NCBI GenBank assembly: GCA_963662655.2
Contig: CAXXTU010000002.1
Coordinates: forward strand, 448,001-512,000
Origin: Candidatus Cloacimonadales bacterium
GTDB taxonomy: Bacteria; Cloacimonadota; Cloacimonadia; Cloacimonadales; JAIOQZ01
Direction: 5' to 3'
DNA length: 64,000 bases
Shown here: one piece after another, positions 1 to 11,819 of the stretch
Position numbering within the stretch: the stretch's first letter is position 1
Layout: every line of letters begins with the position of its first letter
The notes under the pieces: generated by a model
The model's database searches: none
What the model was told of the DNA's origin: nothing
What the model saw: only the letters and a program-made list of their open reading frames with translations
Position numbers and translations under genes: made by a program

Positions 1-158
1 CTGCTCACGCCTGCACGTGAGACTTTTTGCTGGTAGTATTCTTCCAGATATGATACCATTTCAGCTTTGACGATTCATGAATCAGAGAAATTGAGGCTCT
101 GTTGCAAATCGAGTGGGTAAGCATCTATTGAAGGGTTTTATCCTGTGCTTCCTTTCTC

Positions 159-227
159 TGTCATCCTGAGCGGAGTCGAAGGATGGGTTCAGCATTGAAT
201 GATCCTTCGACTCCGCTCAGGATGACA
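159..227. repeat. REP-like perfect 26-bp inverted repeat
   Basis: TGTCATCCTGAGCGGAGTCGAAGGAT (159-184) is the exact reverse complement of 202-227, with a 17-nt loop; it lies downstream of the SSS gene. Confidence 0.85.
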
Positions 228-333
228 TTAAGGAAGGGCTGAGATACAATTACCCACCAGATTTGCAGCAGAGCCGAAATTGAGCATGCGGAAATGGCTC
301 TCTGGGAACGATTTCCGTTTTGCCATGCTTCAT

Positions 334-1731
334 TTAGTGGCTCTTCAATCGTGAAATCGTATGATAGGCAGCGTAAATCACAATACCGAACACGAGTCCC
401 GGGAAGAACGGTTCGATCCCCATCGGGTATTGCGCCCATCCATCAACCGCTTTGATCTGGCCTGTTGTAAACCACCCCGCCGATATGATGAAACTCAGGA
501 TCATCACGGTTAGTGTAGCGAAATTGGGAATCCGGAGCCTCTTGAAGTAGGCTGACAGAAGCGCTGGCAGCATGGGTGGCAGTGTCAGCGTCCCGATATT
601 GTACCATAGATCGATGATGGACGGGAACAGGTAGATGAGCAAGATGGAAACTCCCGCAGTAATCAGAAGACCGATTTTCACGTATCTGTTGATGGTTGCC
701 TGGTCGTTGCCCGACTTGAATGCTCCGGCAATGTCGTTACCCAGCGTGATCGCGCTCAGGAACGTGAAGCTGTCGATGGTGGACATAACCGTTGCCAAGA
801 GTCCGCAGAAGAATACACCCTTGACAAAGGGCGGAAGCAGATGCCCGGCGAGTGCTGGAAAAGCTGTCTGCGCATCGGTGAGACCAGGAAGCAGGACAAC
901 GGCATAGAGACCGGAAGTCATGGTCAGCAAATCGAAGAAAAACCAGAATCCTACTGATGTGAGGATGGCTCTACGGGCCGTTTGCGTGTTCTTTGCGGCC
1001 ATGACGCGCTGATGAAATCCCGGATCGATGAATGTCCACGAGGCGATGAGGAACCATACGACGAGCTGTTGCCAGCTCATCCCGCCGGTAGGATTCTTGT
1101 GGCCTTCCGGAAGCGATTGCCATAGGTGAACAATGGAGAGCTCGCGCATCGCGTAGGCGATCAGGATCATGAATCCGGCGAACATGAAAATGAACTGGAG
1201 CTTATCCGTGCTTACAATCGAGCGGAAGCCGCCCTTCCATACGTATGCAATCGAAATCGCGAGACCGATGAGCATGCTGATCGAAAAGGGAATCTGGAAG
1301 AAGAACTGAAGCAGCAACGCTAGCATCAGGATGTATGGAGCGGGGGAGATGATGATGAAAACGAAGATCGACCCGATCACGCTTATTTTTCTGGAAAAGG
1401 TGTCGCGCAGCATTTCAGGTAAAGATAGCGCCTGGTGCTGCCGGATCTTCGGGACGATGAGCAGTGCATATACAATCGCGAAGAAATAGTACGGAAGCCC
1501 GAAGATAAACCAGTTTGATATCCCGTAAAGGTAGGTGAATTGCCCGACGCCGAGTATCCCGCCGTACCAGGTTGTCACGAGCGTTGCAACCAGCGCTGGC
1601 AGTGTCATCGCTCTGCCGCCGAGGAAATAGTCTTCTGTATCCGAAGCGTTGGATTTCTGCCTGAATCCGACATAAAGCAATGCTACGATGTAAAATATAA
1701 ACGGTAGAAAAAAGGATAACGATTCTTTCAT
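334..1731 (-). CDS. Sodium:solute symporter (SSS) family transporter
   Basis: 465 aa with many TM segments; motifs DYFLGGR, YVWKGGFRSIVSTD, HQRVMAAK and ATVMSTIDS. Confidence 0.9.
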   Translation of the reverse strand: MKESLSFFLPFIFYIVALLYVGFRQKSNASDTEDYFLGGRAMTLPALVATLVTTWYGGILGVGQFTYLYGISNWFIFGLPYYFFAIVYALLIVPKIRQHQALSLPEMLRDTFSRKISVIGSIFVFIIISPAPYILMLALLLQFFFQIPFSISMLIGLAISIAYVWKGGFRSIVSTDKLQFIFMFAGFMILIAYAMRELSIVHLWQSLPEGHKNPTGGMSWQQLVVWFLIASWTFIDPGFHQRVMAAKNTQTARRAILTSVGFWFFFDLLTMTSGLYAVVLLPGLTDAQTAFPALAGHLLPPFVKGVFFCGLLATVMSTIDSFTFLSAITLGNDIAGAFKSGNDQATINRYVKIGLLITAGVSILLIYLFPSIIDLWYNIGTLTLPPMLPALLSAYFKRLRIPNFATLTVMILSFIISAGWFTTGQIKAVDGWAQYPMGIEPFFPGLVFGIVIYAAYHTISRLKSH

Positions 1732-1754
1732 ATTGTAACCCGATTCGTTTCTTC

Positions 1755-4700
1755 TCAGACCTTACTCTGGTCGAGGATATCCCGGACGATGAACGCCATT
1801 TCTTTCATGATGAGGGGCTTCATGACGTATTCGCGGATGCCCATCTGCAACGCCCGTTCCCGGGAAATCGTTTCGCTGAATCCCGTGCATAAAACGATCG
1901 GCATGCCCGGTTTTTCATGCAGTATGGCTGTTGCGAGCTGTGCGCCTGTCATCTTGGGCATGGTCTGGTCGGTGATGACAAGATCGATTTTATCGATGTG
2001 CCTCTGATAGTATTGCAGAGCCTCTCGCGGGTCCTTGAAGGTAATGATGTTGTACCCCAAACGCGCGAAGGCCTGCTTGGCGAAGTTGATCAGCATATCT
2101 TCGTCGTCGATGAACAAGATGGTCTCGGTTCCTTTCGGCAGGGGCTCTGTCGAGGGCTCGACCACCGTCGATTTCTGCTCGATCATCGGAAGATAGACGA
2201 CGAATTCGGTACCCGCGCCTTCTTCGCTCGATACAACGATATCGCCTTCGAGGTTTCGAATGATTCCATGAACGATCGCGAGGCCAAGGCCTGTACCGCC
2301 CTGCTGTTTCTTCGTGGTGAAATACGGCTCGAAGATTCGTTCCATGATGTTGGGCGGGATACCTTTCCCGGTGTCCGCCACGGTGAGACAGACGTATTTC
2401 CCGGGTTTAAGCTCGTGCCGCGCGACAAACGGTTCCTTGAACTCGAGTTCTCTGACGCGAACATCCAGGATGCCGCCGTTCTCCTTCATGGCTTGAGAAG
2501 CGTTCGTGCAAAGGTTCATTACGATCTGGTGAATCTGCGTAGGATCCGCCATCACGATTGGGCTCTTCGATTCGAGGCTTCGTTTGATCTCGATCGTTGT
2601 CGGCGTTGACGAGCGGAGCAAGCGCAGCACTTCCTTCACGATGTGAAGAACGTTGACCGGCTTCTTCTCCTGCTCTTTCTGCCTGCTGAATGCAAGAATC
2701 TGCGCAACGAGTTCCTTCGCTCTCGATGCCGCCGCCATCACCTCGATCATGTTTTTATGGATTCGGGGATACTGCTCCGAGTCATCGACCACCAGCTCCG
2801 TGTATCCCAGGATCGCGCCCAGGATGTTGTTGAAGTCGTGAGCGATGCCACCCGCGAGCGTGCCGATTGCTTCCATCTTCTGCGACTGCCTGAGCTGTTT
2901 TTCGATGCGGACGCGGTCCGTAACATCCTTGAGTACGACGACAAACTGATTGATCATTCCCTGGTTATCGCGGATAGGGGAGAAGGTCGCCTCGGCGTTG
3001 TAGAGTGTACCATTCTTTCTGCGATTTGTCAGAATCCCGCTCCAGATGGTTCCGGTGCGTAGTTTGTCCCAGACCGTATCATAGAACGCCTGGTCTTCCT
3101 CTTCCTCAATGAGGATGCTGGCATTGCGCCCGATCACCTCGTATCGCATGTAGCCGTTGAGTTTCTCGAAGGCCGGATTGACGTACTGGATGATGCCGAA
3201 CGAGTCCGTAATGAAGATCGCCTCGGAAGTCTGATCGATGGCCTTCTCCAGGCGGATTCGTTCCTCTTCGGCGCGTTTCCGCTCGGTGATGTTGATCAGC
3301 GTGCCGAATGCAGCCATTTCACCGCGGTATGTGATGATCGAACCGAAAGTCTGTATGTGAATGATCTCGCCGCTTTTCTTCACACCGCGGAACTCGTAGA
3401 CAACCGTGTCGGATTCTCCGTGCATGCGCTTCAGAAGATTCTGCCGCACGATCTCCATGTCGTCCGGATAGATGATTTTATGGATCGGCATATCGAGCAT
3501 TTCTTCCTCGGTGTAACCGAACAACTCGGTCATGCGGGGATTGACGTACTTGAACACGCCGTTCTGGGATATATTGATACCTGCGATTGATTTCTCCGAG
3601 AGGATGCGAAACTTCTCTTCGCTCTGGACAAGCGCTTGCTCCGCGCGTCGCCAGTCGCTCATGTCCTCCGCGATCCCCAGGCCACCGATCTGCTCGCCGC
3701 TTGAATTGAATACGGGGCTGAAGAAAATCCTTACGGGGATACGATACCGGTTCAACAGGGTGGAGTAATCTCCCTCGTAGTAGCCGGCTTTTCCACTCAG
3801 CGAAGCCCTGATGATATCCTGTATCTTGCTATCCTGTGAGATGGAGAGCATGTTCTGGCCAATCAGTTTCTTCTTCTTGGTATCCAGAAGTTCGAGCATC
3901 TTCTCGTTGACTTCGAGGATGACGCCCTGGGAGTTATAATGGAATATCCCCAACGGGCTGTTGTCGAAGATCATCCGGTATCGCTCTTCGTTTTCGGCAA
4001 GTTTCTGCTGATACTTTCTGCTCTCGGTGATGTCGAGGAAGATCGCGATACCCGCCGTAACCTCTTCTTTGTTGTTGCGGATCGGCGTCGCGTTGACGAT
4101 AATCCAGTGGTCTTCGCCATTCACATCGCGCATGACCAGGATTTCATTGTGCGTTGTGACACCCTGCTGCACGGCCTTGCTCAGCGGGAGGTCTTCCGGC
4201 TTGTAGGGCGAGCCGTCGCCATGATACGTCTGCCACTTCATGAAGTGCTCTTCGACGGGTGAATTGATCAGATTTCTCCGCTCGACTCCGCGGATTTGCG
4301 CCGCAGCGCTGTTCACCATGTTAATCCTAACATCCGGGGCCTGGGCAATAAGGATACCTGCGGGAGACTGATCGATTGCCGCATGCATCAGGGCATGGGT
4401 TTGGAAGAGCTCCGCTTGGGATATTTTCTGAGAGTGTATGTTCAGAATCATCCCGTGAACTTCGAGTACCATCCCCTTGCGATCGCGATGGGTTACCTTG
4501 CCGACGATCCGGAACCATTGATACCCGCCGTCGAGCATGCGCAACAAGCATTCGTCGTCGAAGCCGTCGATCTCCCCATTGTCCATCCGCTGGTAGTATT
4601 CGTCGATCATGGCCAGGCTGTCGGGGTGCAAAATCTCATGCCAGCGATCTCTGGGTAGCTTGTTAACACCCTGATCGACAATTACGCGTTGAATCATGAC

Positions 4701-5915
4701 CTCATCGAAAACCAAAGCGTCAAGATCGCGTCTCCATTTCCAAAGACTGATTTGCGAGCTGTTGAGGATGATTTTTATCTGTTTTTCACGCTCCTTGAGG
4801 GCGCGCATGGTCCTTTTCAGATTCAGAAACAGGATGATCGTGAGTATCAAGGCGACAATGAGGATCGCGAAGAGGTAAATGGACGCTCCCGCATAGATTT
4901 CAATGAACTTCCGGATTGAACTCTTCTCTTTCTGTATGACGGCGTTGTCCGGAAGCAGGGCTATTGGAATATCGAATCGCTTGATCAGATTCGAATCGAA
5001 GACGATATCGATTTTGAAGGGGAGGGGATTCTCCATCTGTGTTCCACGAACGATCTCGATAGTCCTCTTCCCGATATAATCCCCCAATTTCGTCCCGTTC
5101 AAGAAAAATCCGCCGACGGCTAGCCTCGAAATCATATCGCGTTGATTCGTAATGATCGGGGTATCTGAGAGCGCTAGGATTTTATTTATATCCATCTGCG
5201 TGATGCGGTTATTGAAACGGTCAAAACAGTAGTTCAATACGACAGCAAAGGACTTCCCCTCCAGGGAAGCAAAACCTTCGACGATCTCCTCGGCGGTGAA
5301 TCCGCTGAACTCGTGATATTCATGTTCGTTCAGGAATACCGAAACCGATTTTCGCATGGATTCAAGCCCTGCCTGGTCTGAAACCGTTTGATCCGATATC
5401 GCGACAATGTTTTTTGCATCCGGGAAAGCTCCGACAGCCCATTCGATAGCCGATAAAGTAGTGTTCGGAACCGGAATGTAATGGAAATTATCAATTTCCT
5501 CGTCCCCGGGTGGCAGGTTGGAGGCCGGTCCGCAGAAAATAATCGGAATTCCAGGGAAAATTGTACTGCGGTACTCGAGAACGAAGTCTAACGAGATCGG
5601 ATCGTAAACGATAAGCGCGGTCAGATCGATATTATAGTATTTCGAGTGGATGAGACGCGCCTGGTTGGTGATGACATCCGGTTCGCAGAAATGAACTCGA
5701 TCAAGATACTCGATGTAAATCATTGTGTCAATGCTCTGGCCGAGGTAGCTTCTGATCCCCGAGTCCACCGCGCTGCTCCAGGAATCGCCGGTGCAATGGG
5801 CGTTGATGATCAGGAATTTGTCGGGTTTTATATCCATTGCGTGGAGAGCAAGGGTATGTACGGCGCAAAACAAGACGATGAAGAAAGCTACATTCGAGTT
5901 AATGATTCGTTTCAT
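1755..5915 (-). CDS. Hybrid sensor histidine kinase (periplasmic sensor, multiple PAS, HisKA/HATPase, receiver)
   Basis: H-box [12 protein letters not shown]-box MNLCTNA, G-boxes DTGKGI and GTGLGL, receiver ILFIDDE...ITDQTMP; several PAS/PAC repeats. Confidence 0.95.
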   Translation of the reverse strand: MKRIINSNVAFFIVLFCAVHTLALHAMDIKPDKFLIINAHCTGDSWSSAVDSGIRSYLGQSIDTMIYIEYLDRVHFCEPDVITNQARLIHSKYYNIDLTALIVYDPISLDFVLEYRSTIFPGIPIIFCGPASNLPPGDEEIDNFHYIPVPNTTLSAIEWAVGAFPDAKNIVAISDQTVSDQAGLESMRKSVSVFLNEHEYHEFSGFTAEEIVEGFASLEGKSFAVVLNYCFDRFNNRITQMDINKILALSDTPIITNQRDMISRLAVGGFFLNGTKLGDYIGKRTIEIVRGTQMENPLPFKIDIVFDSNLIKRFDIPIALLPDNAVIQKEKSSIRKFIEIYAGASIYLFAILIVALILTIILFLNLKRTMRALKEREKQIKIILNSSQISLWKWRRDLDALVFDEVMIQRVIVDQGVNKLPRDRWHEILHPDSLAMIDEYYQRMDNGEIDGFDDECLLRMLDGGYQWFRIVGKVTHRDRKGMVLEVHGMILNIHSQKISQAELFQTHALMHAAIDQSPAGILIAQAPDVRINMVNSAAAQIRGVERRNLINSPVEEHFMKWQTYHGDGSPYKPEDLPLSKAVQQGVTTHNEILVMRDVNGEDHWIIVNATPIRNNKEEVTAGIAIFLDITESRKYQQKLAENEERYRMIFDNSPLGIFHYNSQGVILEVNEKMLELLDTKKKKLIGQNMLSISQDSKIQDIIRASLSGKAGYYEGDYSTLLNRYRIPVRIFFSPVFNSSGEQIGGLGIAEDMSDWRRAEQALVQSEEKFRILSEKSIAGINISQNGVFKYVNPRMTELFGYTEEEMLDMPIHKIIYPDDMEIVRQNLLKRMHGESDTVVYEFRGVKKSGEIIHIQTFGSIITYRGEMAAFGTLINITERKRAEEERIRLEKAIDQTSEAIFITDSFGIIQYVNPAFEKLNGYMRYEVIGRNASILIEEEEDQAFYDTVWDKLRTGTIWSGILTNRRKNGTLYNAEATFSPIRDNQGMINQFVVVLKDVTDRVRIEKQLRQSQKMEAIGTLAGGIAHDFNNILGAILGYTELVVDDSEQYPRIHKNMIEVMAAASRAKELVAQILAFSRQKEQEKKPVNVLHIVKEVLRLLRSSTPTTIEIKRSLESKSPIVMADPTQIHQIVMNLCTNASQAMKENGGILDVRVRELEFKEPFVARHELKPGKYVCLTVADTGKGIPPNIMERIFEPYFTTKKQQGGTGLGLAIVHGIIRNLEGDIVVSSEEGAGTEFVVYLPMIEQKSTVVEPSTEPLPKGTETILFIDDEDMLINFAKQAFARLGYNIITFKDPREALQYYQRHIDKIDLVITDQTMPKMTGAQLATAILHEKPGMPIVLCTGFSETISRERALQMGIREYVMKPLIMKEMAFIVRDILDQSKV

Positions 5916-6432
5916 ACGATTCCTGTTGACTGGAGTTCATTTGTGATTTCGACAATCTTTTCAGGGGATACATAATAAGAACCATCGCGATCGAGAGTCC
6001 GATAGAAATCCACCCAAAGTGAGTGAGCGAACAGGATAGGGAATTCATGCTTTTCCATATCCAAAGCAGAGATGGTACAAGAAGGATGTGCGTTGCCGAT
6101 AACGCTATGTACTCGGGAATGGATAGCCTGGATATAGGGGATTTCATCAGGGCGACCGTCCTGGAAATCAGCCAGATGCCATTCAGGGCAAGAAACAGGA
6201 TGCCTGTTGCCAGCGCGTGCGTCGAAGCGCTGTTCTGAGAACCAAGTGCGTTCCACGGGCTCTTCACGAATGACAGCAGAGGCACAATCGCGAATTCACC
6301 GGATGGATTCAGGAGCATCCAGTTGTTACGGATATACTCAGGCGGGGTTATCTTCAATACCGGCAGGATAAAAAGCACAAGCAGCCAGAATATTCCGCAA
6401 GCCAGCATGAAGAGCCTGATCAATGGTCTCAA
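5899..6432 (-). CDS. Hypothetical membrane protein (start uncertain)
   Basis: Hydrophobic ORF filling the gap between the lipoprotein and the kinase; in-frame TTG just after the upstream stop chosen as start. Confidence 0.5.
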   Translation of the reverse strand: MRPLIRLFMLACGIFWLLVLFILPVLKITPPEYIRNNWMLLNPSGEFAIVPLLSFVKSPWNALGSQNSASTHALATGILFLALNGIWLISRTVALMKSPISRLSIPEYIALSATHILLVPSLLWIWKSMNSLSCSLTHFGWISIGLSIAMVLIMYPLKRLSKSQMNSSQQESYETNH

Positions 6433-6433
6433 G

Positions 6434-6958
6434 CTAACCTTCCTTGTGCAGGAGATACAGATGGCTGGATATCTTCCATGTATCGTGAATCCTGACCGGA
6501 TCATAGAATCGAATCAGGTAAGCGCCTTTCCCGTCGGAGAAACGGATGCTCAAATCGTTGAGCATCTTGATAGCCGGCGGGATGTAATCTTCGATGACTT
6601 CATCGCCGGGGACCACGGAAAGCATTTCGATATGCGCCCAACGAACACCTTGCTGAACGCCTTCATCGATAATGCTGCGAAACATCTCCGTGACAAGCAA
6701 CTGGTATTCTTCCCACGATCGAACGAGGGCGTCTTCCGATGCGTTGTCGAGCCCGGGTACTTTGCGCATCTGAATCGTGATTTGCCGATAATCATCCTTT
6801 GACAGGCACAACTCGATAAAATCATCGAGCTCGGCATGCTGTAAAGACGCAAGGAGCTTTCCGGCAAGCTGTTCTTCGTCACTTGCAGGTTGAGCGCATC
6901 CCGCGAAAGCGACCGTGAAGATTATAAAAACAAGAAGCAAGGCGTTTGTTCGTTTCAT
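6434..6958 (-). CDS. Hypothetical lipoprotein
   Basis: Signal peptide with lipobox FAGC; 174 aa. Confidence 0.7.
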   Translation of the reverse strand: MKRTNALLLVFIIFTVAFAGCAQPASDEEQLAGKLLASLQHAELDDFIELCLSKDDYRQITIQMRKVPGLDNASEDALVRSWEEYQLLVTEMFRSIIDEGVQQGVRWAHIEMLSVVPGDEVIEDYIPPAIKMLNDLSIRFSDGKGAYLIRFYDPVRIHDTWKISSHLYLLHKEG

Positions 6959-6991
6959 GTCGGTAAATATCCACGTGAACTTCGTTCGTTG

Positions 6992-7909
6992 TCAAACCTT
7001 TTCATGTAATCTATTCTTAACATGCAGCGCGAGAGAAATCGATTCCGCTAACACGATGAATGGCAGAAAGATATAAATTGCCGTCTTCAGGAAGTTCCAA
7101 AGAACGGAAAAAAGCAGGAAGACTTTGCCATCGTTGATTTTATCCAGCGACGGCATCAAAGGAGCGTAGTTCGCGAAGAGCGCCAGCAGGAAAAACCAGC
7201 CCCAGACAGTCAGCATCGTGTGGCGTATTGAGCGGGGTTGCATCAGGTCCTTGCTCAGCAGATTCATACCGGAGATGACAGCCGTGAAGGCCCAACCGGC
7301 GATCACCAGAATCAGACCGTATCCGAGAATCACGGAATAGGGATTCTTGTCTGCGATAATCTGGTGAGGAACCCGGAAGATCGAGAGTCCGGGCTGGATC
7401 TGATTGAAGAATGGCAGGGTGGTGTATAAAACGAAGACAATCGCTCCGAGCAAGGTGATCCACTTCGCAAACTTTATCGTTTTTGCGTTCCGAAGGGGAG
7501 TGTTTCCTCCATAAACCAATGCAAGTCCAACAAAACCGAACCAAATTGTGAAGCGTTGCAGTATATCGATCTCCAGAACAGGATGATTCCCAATGATATA
7601 AGTCGTAGTGAAGATTGCTATCGCCGATAGAAGGATGAGGATCAATTGAAGGATGCCGTGCGTCAGCAGTCCCACCAGCACAAGCGTGATTCCCGCAACG
7701 AGGGGCATCAGGATTCGCGCCTTGTTCAGGGGGGAGGTGTCGTCGCTGTTGATGTCGTCGATTTCGGTAAAGCGCACTGTTGGGGACAGGCGAATCTCAT
7801 CCATCCTGTCGCCGGTGTCCAGATTGTCCGGAATCAATAACGGCATGAAGAAGCCGATCATCAAAATACTACCCAATAAAACAAATATGCTGGTTGTCTT
7901 GTTTCTCAT
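6992..7909 (-). CDS. Hypothetical multi-pass membrane protein
   Basis: About 305 aa with many hydrophobic segments; GAGGT upstream of the ATG at 7909. Confidence 0.7.
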   Translation of the reverse strand: MRNKTTSIFVLLGSILMIGFFMPLLIPDNLDTGDRMDEIRLSPTVRFTEIDDINSDDTSPLNKARILMPLVAGITLVLVGLLTHGILQLILILLSAIAIFTTTYIIGNHPVLEIDILQRFTIWFGFVGLALVYGGNTPLRNAKTIKFAKWITLLGAIVFVLYTTLPFFNQIQPGLSIFRVPHQIIADKNPYSVILGYGLILVIAGWAFTAVISGMNLLSKDLMQPRSIRHTMLTVWGWFFLLALFANYAPLMPSLDKINDGKVFLLFSVLWNFLKTAIYIFLPFIVLAESISLALHVKNRLHEKV

Positions 7910-7993
7910 GGAATACCTCTTCAATCGATTCAGTATTTCGCGGAAAATCCGTCAATGAAATGTTGCACGGCAGGAAATCTGTCACGAAAAGGT

Positions 7994-8028
7994 AAAAAAA
8001 AATCCGTGCATGAAATCATGCACGGATT
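7994..8028 (-). terminator. Rho-independent terminator of ileS
   Basis: Stem AATCCGTGCATGA/TCATGCACGGATT (8001-8028) followed on the minus strand by a T-run. Confidence 0.8.
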
Positions 8029-8057
8029 GGTTTACTTTATCGTTGTAAGATATTATT

Positions 8058-11000
8058 CTATTTGATCTTCGAGATGGAGAGGAACACCTCTTTGCCGTTG
8101 ATATCCCACGCCTTCATATCTTTGTGATGCAGTTCTTCACGGAAAATACCTTCCGCGAGCGTCTCCGCTTTGATGAAATCGCCAAAGCCTTCGAACACAC
8201 CGGCAATCTCGTCGTCACCGATGAAGAAGATGCTGATCTTGTCCATGATATCAAGGTCCATCTCCTTGCGGGTAAACTGGACTTTGTTCACAAGCTCACG
8301 GGCGTATCCTTCGCTGATGAGCTCGGGAGTAAGGGTTGTCGCCAGCGCTGTATGGATGCCTTTATCGCTGGCAAACACGTAGCCTTCGCGCGCCTGGATG
8401 GAGAATATCAGGTCTTCTTCCACGATATTGATCGGATGGCCTTCGCACTCGAGGATGAACGGTTCATTCTTGCTGAACGCCTCCAGCACGTGCTCCGCAT
8501 TGACATCGGGCAGCGCTTTGGACACGCACTTCATGTGCTTGCCGACCTTGGGGCCGAGGATCTTGAAATTCGGCTTGATATCGTGCTTCAGGAGCTCGTC
8601 GTGCGGCTTGAGATACTCGATCTCGCGCACGTTGATCTCTTCCAGTATCAGGTCTTTCATGCGCTCGACAACATCCTGGAACCGATCCGGCACGAAGTAG
8701 CTCTGCAATGTCTGACGCACCTTGATCTGGCAGTCGTTACGCGCTGCGCGACCGAGGCTTACCAGGTCGATGACGACCTGCATGTCGCTCTCGAGCTGTT
8801 CGTCGATAAGCGCTTCGTTCGCGACGGGGTACTCGGAAAGATGTACGCTTTCTTCGCCGGTGAGATTGTGGTAAATCTCTTCGGCAAGATAAGGCGCGAA
8901 GGGCGCCATTACGCGGCAGACGATCGTCATGGCGTAATGGAGCGTGACATACGCGTCTCGCTTGTCTTGCGTGAGTTCCATTTCCCAGTATCTGCGTCTG
9001 CTGCGGCGCACGTACCAGTTGCTCAGGTCGTCGATGATGAATGCCTGGATGGCGCGTACCGAGCGAGTGAGGTCGTATTGCTCGATATACTGCGTCACCT
9101 GTTTGATGAGCGAGTTGATCCTGCTGACGATCCAGCGATCAATCTCGGCGGTTGGCTTGTATTCTGCCAGATACTTGTCTGCATCGAAATCATCGATGTT
9201 GGCATAGGTGGCGTAGAACGAATAGACGTTTTTCATCGTGCCGATGAATTTGTTAACCACCTCTTCCACGCCCTTGGGATCGAACTTCGTGGGAACCCAG
9301 GGGGGGCTGACGTAGAGCAGGTACCAGCGATTCGCGTCCGCGCCGTACTTCTGCATCATTTCCATCGGATTCACCGAGTTGCCCACACTCTTGCTCATCT
9401 TCTTGCCGTGCTTGTCCAGGATCAAATCGTTGACCAGCACGTTTTTGTATGGAGCGACGCCTTTGAGGAACGTCGAGATGGAGAGGAGCGAGTAGAACCA
9501 CCCACGAGTCTGATCGATACCCTCGCAGATGAAATCGGCCGGGAAGAGTTCCGTGTCGAAGATTTCTTTGTTCTCGAAGGGATAGTGCCACTGCGCGAAG
9601 GGCATGGAGCCGCTATCGAACCAGCAGTCGATCACTTCGGGCGTGCGATGCATTGTGCCGCCGCAATCGGGGCATGTCATCACGATCTCGTCGATGTACG
9701 GTCTGTGCAGCTCGATATCCTCGGGCACTTCGCGTCCGTCTTCGTACTTACCTTTCTCGCGCAGCTCCGCGATGGAACCGGCGCTGTCCTGCGCCGCGCA
9801 TTGATCGCAAACCCACACGTTGAGCGGGGTTCCCCAGAATCTATCGCGACTGAGCGCCCAGTCGATATTGTTTTCCAGCCATTCGCCGAAGCGTTTCTCA
9901 CCGACGAAGTCCGGATACCAGTTGACCTTCTTGTTGTTCTCGATCATCTGTTGCTTGTATTCGCTTGTTCGGATGAACCAGCCATCGCGAGCGTAGTAGA
10001 TGAGCGGAGACTTGCAGCGCCAGCAGAACGGATAGCTATGCAGAATCTGCTGCCGTTTATAAAGCAGGCCGCGCTCTTTCAGGTCACGGATGATTTCCTT
10101 GTCCGCGGCTTTCACGAAAAGCCCCTTCCAGGGTTCCACGATTTCGCTGAATGTTCCGTCGTCGAGAACCGGATTGATCACGGGAAGTCCGTACTTCTGA
10201 CCGAGTGAGTGGTCGTCCTGTCCGAATGCCGGCGCCGTATGCACGATACCGGTACCGTCGTCCATGGAGACGTAATCCGCCAGCGCGACGAACCACGCCT
10301 TTTCCTTCGGTTGAATGAAGTTAAACAGCGGTTCGTATTCCCTGTATTCGAGGTCGCTACCCTTGTAGGACGCGACGATCTTATAATCGCCATCGAGAAC
10401 GCCGAGGAGCGCTTTGGCCAGAATGAGATTCTGGTCGTTGTGAAGCACTTTCACGTATTCTTTATCTGGATGCACCGCCAGCGCGGCGTTGGAGATCAAC
10501 GTCCAGGGGGTGGTTGTCCAGGCGAGGAAGAAAGTGTTCTCTTCGTCTTTCGCTTTGAATTTAACGTATACGGATGGGTCTTCCACATCCTGATAGCCCT
10601 GCGCCACTTCGTGGCTGGAAAGCGGGGTTCCGCATTTGGGGCAGTAAGGGACAATCTTGTGGCCTTTATAAATCATACCTTTGGTGAAGTACTGATTCAG
10701 TATCCACCAAACACTCTCGATGTAGTCGTTTTGCAAGGTTATGTAAGGGTGCTCGAGATCGATCCAGTATGCCATCGTGCGGGTCATGTCACGCCACTGT
10801 TTTTCGTAGGTGAAGACCGACTCGCGGCATTTCTTGTTGAACCGTTCGATTCCGTATTCTTCTACGGCTTTCTTGTCGTTCAGCTCGAGAATCTTCTCAA
10901 CTTCAATTTCCACCGGCAGTCCGTGCGTATCCCATCCGGCTTTCCTTTTGACCTGGAAGCCTTTCATGGTTTTGTACCGGCAAACGGTATCTTTGATGGC

Positions 11001-11186
11001 ACGGGAGATCAGGTGGTGGACCCCCGGCTTTCCGTTTGCGGTTGGGGGACCTTCAAAAAAAATAAACAGAGGCTGTCCTTCGCGGGAACTGACGCTCTTG
11101 TCGGCCGTACCGTTCTCATCCCAGTACGTTCGTACTCTGCGCTCAAATTCCGCTGGACTTTCTTTTGGGTCCATGGGTTTGTACAT
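8058..11186 (-). CDS. ileS: Isoleucine--tRNA ligase, IleRS2 type
   Basis: 1042 aa; FEGPPTANGKPGVHH, GWDTHGLP, WTTTPWTL, EGIDQTRGWFY and KMSKS motifs. Confidence 0.97.
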   Translation of the reverse strand: MYKPMDPKESPAEFERRVRTYWDENGTADKSVSSREGQPLFIFFEGPPTANGKPGVHHLISRAIKDTVCRYKTMKGFQVKRKAGWDTHGLPVEIEVEKILELNDKKAVEEYGIERFNKKCRESVFTYEKQWRDMTRTMAYWIDLEHPYITLQNDYIESVWWILNQYFTKGMIYKGHKIVPYCPKCGTPLSSHEVAQGYQDVEDPSVYVKFKAKDEENTFFLAWTTTPWTLISNAALAVHPDKEYVKVLHNDQNLILAKALLGVLDGDYKIVASYKGSDLEYREYEPLFNFIQPKEKAWFVALADYVSMDDGTGIVHTAPAFGQDDHSLGQKYGLPVINPVLDDGTFSEIVEPWKGLFVKAADKEIIRDLKERGLLYKRQQILHSYPFCWRCKSPLIYYARDGWFIRTSEYKQQMIENNKKVNWYPDFVGEKRFGEWLENNIDWALSRDRFWGTPLNVWVCDQCAAQDSAGSIAELREKGKYEDGREVPEDIELHRPYIDEIVMTCPDCGGTMHRTPEVIDCWFDSGSMPFAQWHYPFENKEIFDTELFPADFICEGIDQTRGWFYSLLSISTFLKGVAPYKNVLVNDLILDKHGKKMSKSVGNSVNPMEMMQKYGADANRWYLLYVSPPWVPTKFDPKGVEEVVNKFIGTMKNVYSFYATYANIDDFDADKYLAEYKPTAEIDRWIVSRINSLIKQVTQYIEQYDLTRSVRAIQAFIIDDLSNWYVRRSRRRYWEMELTQDKRDAYVTLHYAMTIVCRVMAPFAPYLAEEIYHNLTGEESVHLSEYPVANEALIDEQLESDMQVVIDLVSLGRAARNDCQIKVRQTLQSYFVPDRFQDVVERMKDLILEEINVREIEYLKPHDELLKHDIKPNFKILGPKVGKHMKCVSKALPDVNAEHVLEAFSKNEPFILECEGHPINIVEEDLIFSIQAREGYVFASDKGIHTALATTLTPELISEGYARELVNKVQFTRKEMDLDIMDKISIFFIGDDEIAGVFEGFGDFIKAETLAEGIFREELHHKDMKAWDINGKEVFLSISKIK

Positions 11187-11488
11187 CTTTTTTCTCCTTG
11201 CATTGTCCTCCGCCAGGCCATGGCGGGGTTATTCGATATTGCGGTATGATTCACAATACAACAAGCATACAAGAAATCGATACCCCGTCTTTCTTGCAAG
11301 GAATTTTTGTTGCAATGATCGACAGATTATAGATGTCGATTGAAAGAAAGGCATAAGCTATTATCGTAGTCAGGCATATATGAAGAAATAATGGGTAGGT
11401 GCTATTAAAAAAGAGCTTTATATATTGACAAAAAAATTACAAAAATTGGTATTGGGGCGGTGACCGTTAACAAGAAGGGAGGTAAAAA

Positions 11489-11695
11489 ATGAGTAGATAC
11501 TATGTGAACAAAAACGCTCAGTCAAATGGTGATCATGAAGTGCATGTATCAGGTTGTTCTTTCATGCCATTGGAGGAAAATCGAATATACCTTGGAGATT
11601 TCTCGAATTGTGAAGAAGCAGTCAAAGAGGCCAAGAAGTATTATACTGATGTTGATGGCTGTTTTTACTGTTGCCTTGATTGTCATAAATCATAG
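11489..11695 (+). CDS. Small Cys/His-rich hypothetical protein, probably metal-binding
   Basis: Strong RBS GGGAGGT; 68 aa, YYVNKNAQ..GDHEVH..GC ... DGCFYCC..CH. Confidence 0.8.
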   Translation: MSRYYVNKNAQSNGDHEVHVSGCSFMPLEENRIYLGDFSNCEEAVKEAKKYYTDVDGCFYCCLDCHKS

Positions 11696-11819
11696 CTAAC
11701 ATTGTTGGCGGCTACCAACTGTTTCGTATTCTCAGCAAATTACTGGACACCAATTCCTCAGGTAATTTAGAGCTGTTCATATGAAAAACTCAAAATAATG
11801 CGAGGAATTCGATTGTAAA

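Noticed and set aside
8124..11249. Long plus-strand ORFs (694 aa and 346 aa) opposite ileS
   Set aside because: Antisense shadows of a GC3-biased gene with no recognisable motifs; the same applies to 15036-16109, 21752-22846, 38070-39587, 56087-57085 and 59430-60452.
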